Below are positions 59,768 to 64,000 of a DNA stretch of 64,000 nucleotides, in pieces. The translations under genes and the position numbers were made by a program. The DNA comes from an uncultured Planctomycetia bacterium. Its GTDB lineage: Bacteria > Omnitrophota > Gorgyraeia > Duberdicusellales > 4484-171. Where the stretch lies: the NCBI GenBank assembly GCA_964489445.1, contig CAZAYU010000001.1:146276-210275 (forward strand). Reading direction: 5' to 3'. Below the pieces are notes generated by a model. The model made no database searches. It saw only the letters and a list, made by a program, of their open reading frames with translations, and was not told the origin of the DNA. The stretch's first letter is position 1, and each line of letters begins with the position of its first letter.

Positions 59768-60892
59768 TTATTTTTTCTTTAGCTCAATGCTCACGACTGT
59801 CTTTTTGAGAATTTTAATTTTTTTAATGATTGCCTGTGCCATTTCTTTGGTACCTACTGCCGATGGATCATCACGCAAGGCCTTTAAGTCGTACGTAACA
59901 GACACATTCTCCTCGATAACTTCTTTTACTGCCTGCCTCAAAATCAATGCTTTCTCTGATTCGTTTATGTGTTCAAGCATCAGAGCTGCAGACATGATAG
60001 TTGCAATCGGGTTAACTTTATTTTTTCCGGTATATTTTGGAGCACTTCCATGAGTCGGCTCAAAAATAGCTATTGTCTCGCCTATATTTGCACCAGCTGC
60101 TAATCCTAAACCACCAATTAAGCCAGCACCTAAATCAGAGATAATGTCTCCATAGAGATTAGGTAAAACCAAAACATCAAAGTTCTCCGGACGTTTTACC
60201 AGCTGCATTGATAAATTATCGACTATAACATCTTCGGCATTTATTTTTTCTTTAAATTCACTAGCTACTTTATAAAAATTATCTAAGAATAAACCGTCTG
60301 TACACTTCATAATATTTGCTTTATGCACGCAGGTTACTTTCTTACGTTTGTGCTTTAGTGCATATTCAAATGCAAAACGAGCAATCCGCTCAGAAGCAAA
60401 CACAGATATTGGCTTAATAGAGACTGCACTATCATTCCTTATCTGTTTTTCGGATAAACAATTAATTTCCTTGATTATCTTTATAGCCTCCGGAGTGCCT
60501 TCTGAAAACTCAATTCCTGCGTATAAATCTTCGGTATTTTCACGCATAATTACTATATCAACATCCTTACCGATCCCCGCAGGGATATTAAACGATTTAA
60601 TCGGACGCAGGCAAACGTATAAATCAAATATTTGACGCATTGCAACGTTAATAGAACGAAACCCTTTCCCCACAGGTGTCGTAATTGGCCCCTTTAGCGC
60701 TACTTTATTTTTTCTAATTGAGTCAAGCGTATCTTCCGGAAGAAGACTTCCGCAAGTTTTCAAGGCAATCTCTCCAGCTTGCTTTACTTCCCATTCTATA
60801 TCAACATCCAGAGCTTCCAAACAAGAAACTGCTGCATCAGTAACTTCTGGTCCAGTCCCGTCACCGGGTATTAGTGTAATCTTTTGCTTCAT
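59768..60892 (-). CDS. isocitrate dehydrogenase-like beta-decarboxylating dehydrogenase (Icd/LeuB family)
   Basis: LKGPITTPVGKGFRSINVAMRQIFDLYVCLRP closely resembles the Icd signature ([32 protein letters not shown]). 374 aa. Confidence 0.7.
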   Translation of the reverse strand: MKQKITLIPGDGTGPEVTDAAVSCLEALDVDIEWEVKQAGEIALKTCGSLLPEDTLDSIRKNKVALKGPITTPVGKGFRSINVAMRQIFDLYVCLRPIKSFNIPAGIGKDVDIVIMRENTEDLYAGIEFSEGTPEAIKIIKEINCLSEKQIRNDSAVSIKPISVFASERIARFAFEYALKHKRKKVTCVHKANIMKCTDGLFLDNFYKVASEFKEKINAEDVIVDNLSMQLVKRPENFDVLVLPNLYGDIISDLGAGLIGGLGLAAGANIGETIAIFEPTHGSAPKYTGKNKVNPIATIMSAALMLEHINESEKALILRQAVKEVIEENVSVTYDLKALRDDPSAVGTKEMAQAIIKKIKILKKTVVSIELKKK

Positions 60893-60930
60893 TTTTTAAT
60901 ACTCCCTGCTATTTCTTAACAAAATGGCTA

Positions 60931-61428
60931 TTAGATACCAAACCCGTTGTGTTTCTGTAAATAATTAACAATACCCTTTTGGACAATCAACTCCTTACGG
61001 AACCTATCCCAAGGACTAAAAGCTGTAATTTTTCTGCCATCTTTATTGATTGCTCCTTTATCATAATCAACAGATATCTGTTGATTTTCATTTAAGAAGG
61101 AAGTGTCCGCTTCAACTAATGCTAATCCGATATTAAAAGCATTACGATAAAAAATACGGGCAAAGCTTTTGGCTACAACGCAAAGCACTCCTGCTTCCTT
61201 TATTACCCACGGCGCTTGCTCACGTGAAGACCCCATGCCAAAATTTTCACCAGCAACAATTATCGGATTCTGCCCATTTATTTCTTTATAAAATCCCGGA
61301 CGAATGTCCTCAAACAAATAATAAGCAAGCTCTTTCATGTCAGTAATCGAGAACTTGTACCTTCCGGAAATTATCCAGTCAGTATTGATGTCATCCCCAA
61401 ACTTAAACACTCTGCCTTTAATAATCAT
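60931..61428 (-). CDS. 3-isopropylmalate dehydratase / aconitase-family small subunit (LeuD-like, short archaeal-type)
   Basis: 165 aa with [15 protein letters not shown], the LeuD/aconitase swivel-domain motif. Confidence 0.8.
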   Translation of the reverse strand: MIIKGRVFKFGDDINTDWIISGRYKFSITDMKELAYYLFEDIRPGFYKEINGQNPIIVAGENFGMGSSREQAPWVIKEAGVLCVVAKSFARIFYRNAFNIGLALVEADTSFLNENQQISVDYDKGAINKDGRKITAFSPWDRFRKELIVQKGIVNYLQKHNGFGI

Positions 61429-61501
61429 TTTTAATAAATATATACTTTATAAAACTATGCTTGATATTGTTTTTCTTTTCTTGTATCCACTCTTAGATAA
61501 A

Positions 61502-62551
61502 TTACAAACTTGCAAATTCGGCAACGCTTTTAACTCTACTTAATGCTACTTCTTTAGTAATAATCTGCTTCTTGTAAAGTTCCTTTAAAGACTTATCCAT
61601 TGTATGCATTCCGTATTGCGCACCCATTTGCAACAAAGAAGGAATCTGGGCGATGTCGTTCTCTCTTATTAAATTTCTAATTCCTGGTGTAGAAACCATA
61701 ACTTCTGTAGCCATAACCCGAGAATCACCTCCAACGGTAGGCAACAGCACCTGAGACACTACGCCTTGCAAACACTCAGCAAGCTGAACAGTAACCTGTC
61801 TCTGTTGGTATGGCGGAAACACATCAATTATTCTTTGTATTGTTTGCGGAGCATCGGGCGTATGCAAGGTGGCTAGGACTAAATGCCCGGTTTCAGCAGC
61901 GGTTAGAGTAGTAGATATCGTATCTAAATCACGCATCTCCCCTACAACAATTACATCCGGATCTTGGCGTAGCGTTCTCTTTAATGCCTCCGGAAATGAG
62001 TGAGTATCTGTATATAGCTCTCTTTGTTTTATAATGCTTCTTTTATTAGTATGGACAAATTCAATCGGATCTTCTATGGATATTATCATTTTTTCCTGCT
62101 CACTATTAATAAGGTCAACCATCGAAGCTAAAGTAGTGCTTTTTCCTGTACCAGTAGGACCAGTCACTAGTATCAAGCCTGTGGGTTTCTGTATAAAACT
62201 ATACACAATATCTGGAAGTCCCAATTTACCAATGGCTGGAATTTCCCGCGGAATCCGCCTTAACGCAGTTTCAACATTCCCCCTTTGATAATGAGTATTA
62301 ACCCGAAAACGATCCATGTTCGGAAGTGAAAAAGAAAAATCTAGTTCTTTATTATTCTCAAAAATAGCTTTTTGATCATCGCCGAGCATGCTATACACTA
62401 ACGCCTTAGCATCCTCTCTTGTCAATGAGGGAAAGTCAGTGGGTAAAAGCTGCCCGTTAATTCTTAACACCGGAGGCCTACCGACAGTAATATGCAAATC
62501 GCTGGCTTTTCGCTCTTGAGTTAACTCAAGAAGAGTGTTAATGTCTACCAT
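61502..62551 (-). CDS. pilT: type IV pilus retraction ATPase PilT
   Basis: Walker A GPTGTGKST. PilT-type GEMRD and His box. 349 aa. Confidence 0.85.
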   Translation of the reverse strand: MVDINTLLELTQERKASDLHITVGRPPVLRINGQLLPTDFPSLTREDAKALVYSMLGDDQKAIFENNKELDFSFSLPNMDRFRVNTHYQRGNVETALRRIPREIPAIGKLGLPDIVYSFIQKPTGLILVTGPTGTGKSTTLASMVDLINSEQEKMIISIEDPIEFVHTNKRSIIKQRELYTDTHSFPEALKRTLRQDPDVIVVGEMRDLDTISTTLTAAETGHLVLATLHTPDAPQTIQRIIDVFPPYQQRQVTVQLAECLQGVVSQVLLPTVGGDSRVMATEVMVSTPGIRNLIRENDIAQIPSLLQMGAQYGMHTMDKSLKELYKKQIITKEVALSRVKSVAEFASL

Positions 62552-62633
62552 ATTTGAACCTCCTGGCTATCTATCATCAAATGAAAATACATAATATTTG
62601 TATTACAGATAGTATACACATAAAATTTATGCA

Positions 62634-63887
62634 CTATGCTGTTAAATATTTTCTCGGATCTTCTATCTTCCCTTTAATTGCCGAAGCAACTACCGTTGCT
62701 GGAGAAGCCAGATAAATATAACTATTAGGATTACCCATTCTCCCTTTAAAATTTCTGTTTGCCGTAGAAATTGCCACCTCCTCATCAGCAAGAACACCTT
62801 GATGAGTTCCTACACAAGGACCGCAACCAACCGGTAAAATTACTGCCCCAGCATCTAAAAAAGTCTTTACTAATCCCTTTTTTAGTGCCTGGGAAAATAT
62901 TTTTTCGGAAGCTGGGGCGACAAATAATTTAACATGCTGATGCACTTTCCTATTTTTTAGAATAGAAGCAGCAATCGTCAGATCTTCTAACCGCCCATTA
63001 GTACAAGTTCCTAAAAATGCTTGGTCGATTTTTATTCCTCGCAGCTTACTTACCGGAAAACTATTATCAACACTATGTGGCTTAGCAACATAAGGCGATA
63101 TTTTAGAAATATTAAACTCTAATATTTTTTCATAAGCACAATCTTGATCTGAGTAAATAGGATTATACCTTCCGGAAATATGTTTTAAAAAATGTTTTAC
63201 TTTCTTATCCGGGGCAATTAAACCACACTTTGCTCCAAACTCAATGCTCATATTAGTAATTGTAAATCGGGCATCCATTGAAAATTTATCAACCACTTCT
63301 CCAGAAAATTCCACCGCTTTGTAGGTAGCACCATTAGACCCTAATTTACTAATTATATATAAAATTACATCCTTACTATAAACCCCTGGCGGAAGTTTCC
63401 CATTAATTACAATTTTAAAAGTCGCGGGTACTTTAAACCAATTCATCCCGGTAGCAAGAGTAACTGCTAAATCTGTAGAACCCACACCGAACGCTGCCGC
63501 GCCTAATGCTCCAGCGGTTGAAGTGTGTGAATCTGCTCCTAGTATCAGCCTTCCCGGAAAGGCAATGCCCTCTTCTGCTACTAGTTGATGTGACACGCCA
63601 CACCCAACATCAAATAATCTATTTTTGTTTTTTTTTGAAAATGCCCGCATGCGAGAATGAATTCTTGCAACCCCGATATTTGGAGCAGGACTGCTATGAT
63701 CAATAAACATCGCATACCGTTTAGGATTAATAATATTTTTTTTAAGATTAGAAATGCTATCCAACACCAAAGAGGTAGTTCCATCTTGAGAAAAACAAAA
63801 ATCAACTTTGCAAACTCCAACGTCACCAGCACGCAAAGATCTTCCGGAATGATTACTGAGTATTTTCTCAATTATTGTTTTTCCCAT
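62634..63887 (-). CDS. 3-isopropylmalate dehydratase / aconitase-family large subunit (LeuC-like, short type)
   Basis: 417 aa with aconitase-family cluster ligand regions (GVCKVDFCFSQDGT, VGCGPCVG...TANRNFKGRMG). Confidence 0.85.
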   Translation of the reverse strand: MGKTIIEKILSNHSGRSLRAGDVGVCKVDFCFSQDGTTSLVLDSISNLKKNIINPKRYAMFIDHSSPAPNIGVARIHSRMRAFSKKNKNRLFDVGCGVSHQLVAEEGIAFPGRLILGADSHTSTAGALGAAAFGVGSTDLAVTLATGMNWFKVPATFKIVINGKLPPGVYSKDVILYIISKLGSNGATYKAVEFSGEVVDKFSMDARFTITNMSIEFGAKCGLIAPDKKVKHFLKHISGRYNPIYSDQDCAYEKILEFNISKISPYVAKPHSVDNSFPVSKLRGIKIDQAFLGTCTNGRLEDLTIAASILKNRKVHQHVKLFVAPASEKIFSQALKKGLVKTFLDAGAVILPVGCGPCVGTHQGVLADEEVAISTANRNFKGRMGNPNSYIYLASPATVVASAIKGKIEDPRKYLTA

Positions 63888-63899
63888 ATTCCTTGACTT

Positions 63900-64000
63900 T
63901 TATTTTAACGTCTTAAGAAAATTTTTCACTCTTTCGGTGCCTTTCTTAATTTGCTCAATCCCCGTTGCAAAGCTAAACCGAACAAATCCTTCCGCACCAA
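63900..64000 (-). CDS. C-terminal end of a class I/II (PLP) aminotransferase-like gene (5' part outside window)
   Basis: Manual translation of the minus strand gives ...GAEGFVRFSFATGIEQIKKGTERVKNFLKTLK*. The RFSFA-type C-terminus is typical of aspartate/aromatic aminotransferases. The stop is at 63900-63902. Confidence 0.4.
   Translation of the reverse strand, partial: GAEGFVRFSFATGIEQIKKGTERVKNFLKTLK

Noticed and set aside
59768-60892. Assigning the beta-decarboxylating dehydrogenase firmly as LeuB because it neighbours LeuD/LeuC
   Set aside because: The conserved block matches the Icd signature (…DLYVCLRP) better than LeuB. The call is left at family level with Icd-like preference.
1-64000. 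CRISPR arrays, IS elements/transposases, rRNA genes
   Set aside because: No regularly spaced direct repeats, no transposase or integrase-like ORFs other than xerC, and no rRNA-like conserved stretches were seen when reading the intergenic regions.

Overview
This 64 kb window is AT-rich and almost every gene (about 60 of 62) lies on the minus strand, which points to a chromosomal leading-strand core region, not a mobile island. Gene content indicates an anaerobic diderm bacterium. Lipopolysaccharide (LPS) core genes, a TonB-dependent receptor, an [FeFe]-hydrogenase with its maturases, Rex and pyruvate phosphate dikinase are all present.

Main blocks, left to right:
- dinB, an M48 protease and MscS, followed by a Cas4-like nuclease, an ABC-F ATPase and an EF-G paralog. 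The EF-G paralog carries an unusual ~365 aa N-terminal transmembrane + coiled-coil extension.
- A B12 uptake unit: a cobalamin-riboswitch-controlled btuB-like receptor downstream of btuFCD-like genes, with a tRNA-Arg(CCT) beside it.
- apt, a compact sigma-70, ppdK and glyQS.
- A complete Rex-controlled [FeFe]-hydrogenase locus: rex-hydC-hydB-hydA-ahpD-like, then a TM1266-like regulator, an aspartase-like gene and hydF-hydG-hydE. hydA has a non-canonical H-cluster L1 motif (TSCSPGW instead of TSCCPxW).
- An ~11 kb LPS inner-core operon: waaA, lpxK, an LpxL-like acyltransferase fused to an ELM1/DUF1022-like domain, a GT4-GT9 fusion, GT4, a deacetylase and three GT9 genes.
- xerC-topA-dprA, aroK and an acyl-CoA dehydrogenase.
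- A lone plus-strand secreted, Cys-rich protein with tail-fibre-like GNVGIGT motifs, driven by a strong promoter embedded in a 13-bp-arm palindrome.
- An lpd-like gene, mdh and an icd-like gene, with leuD-pilT-leuC and the 3' end of an aminotransferase.

No CRISPR array, IS element or rRNA was seen. All calls come from reading the sequence and motif recognition only. No database search was run.
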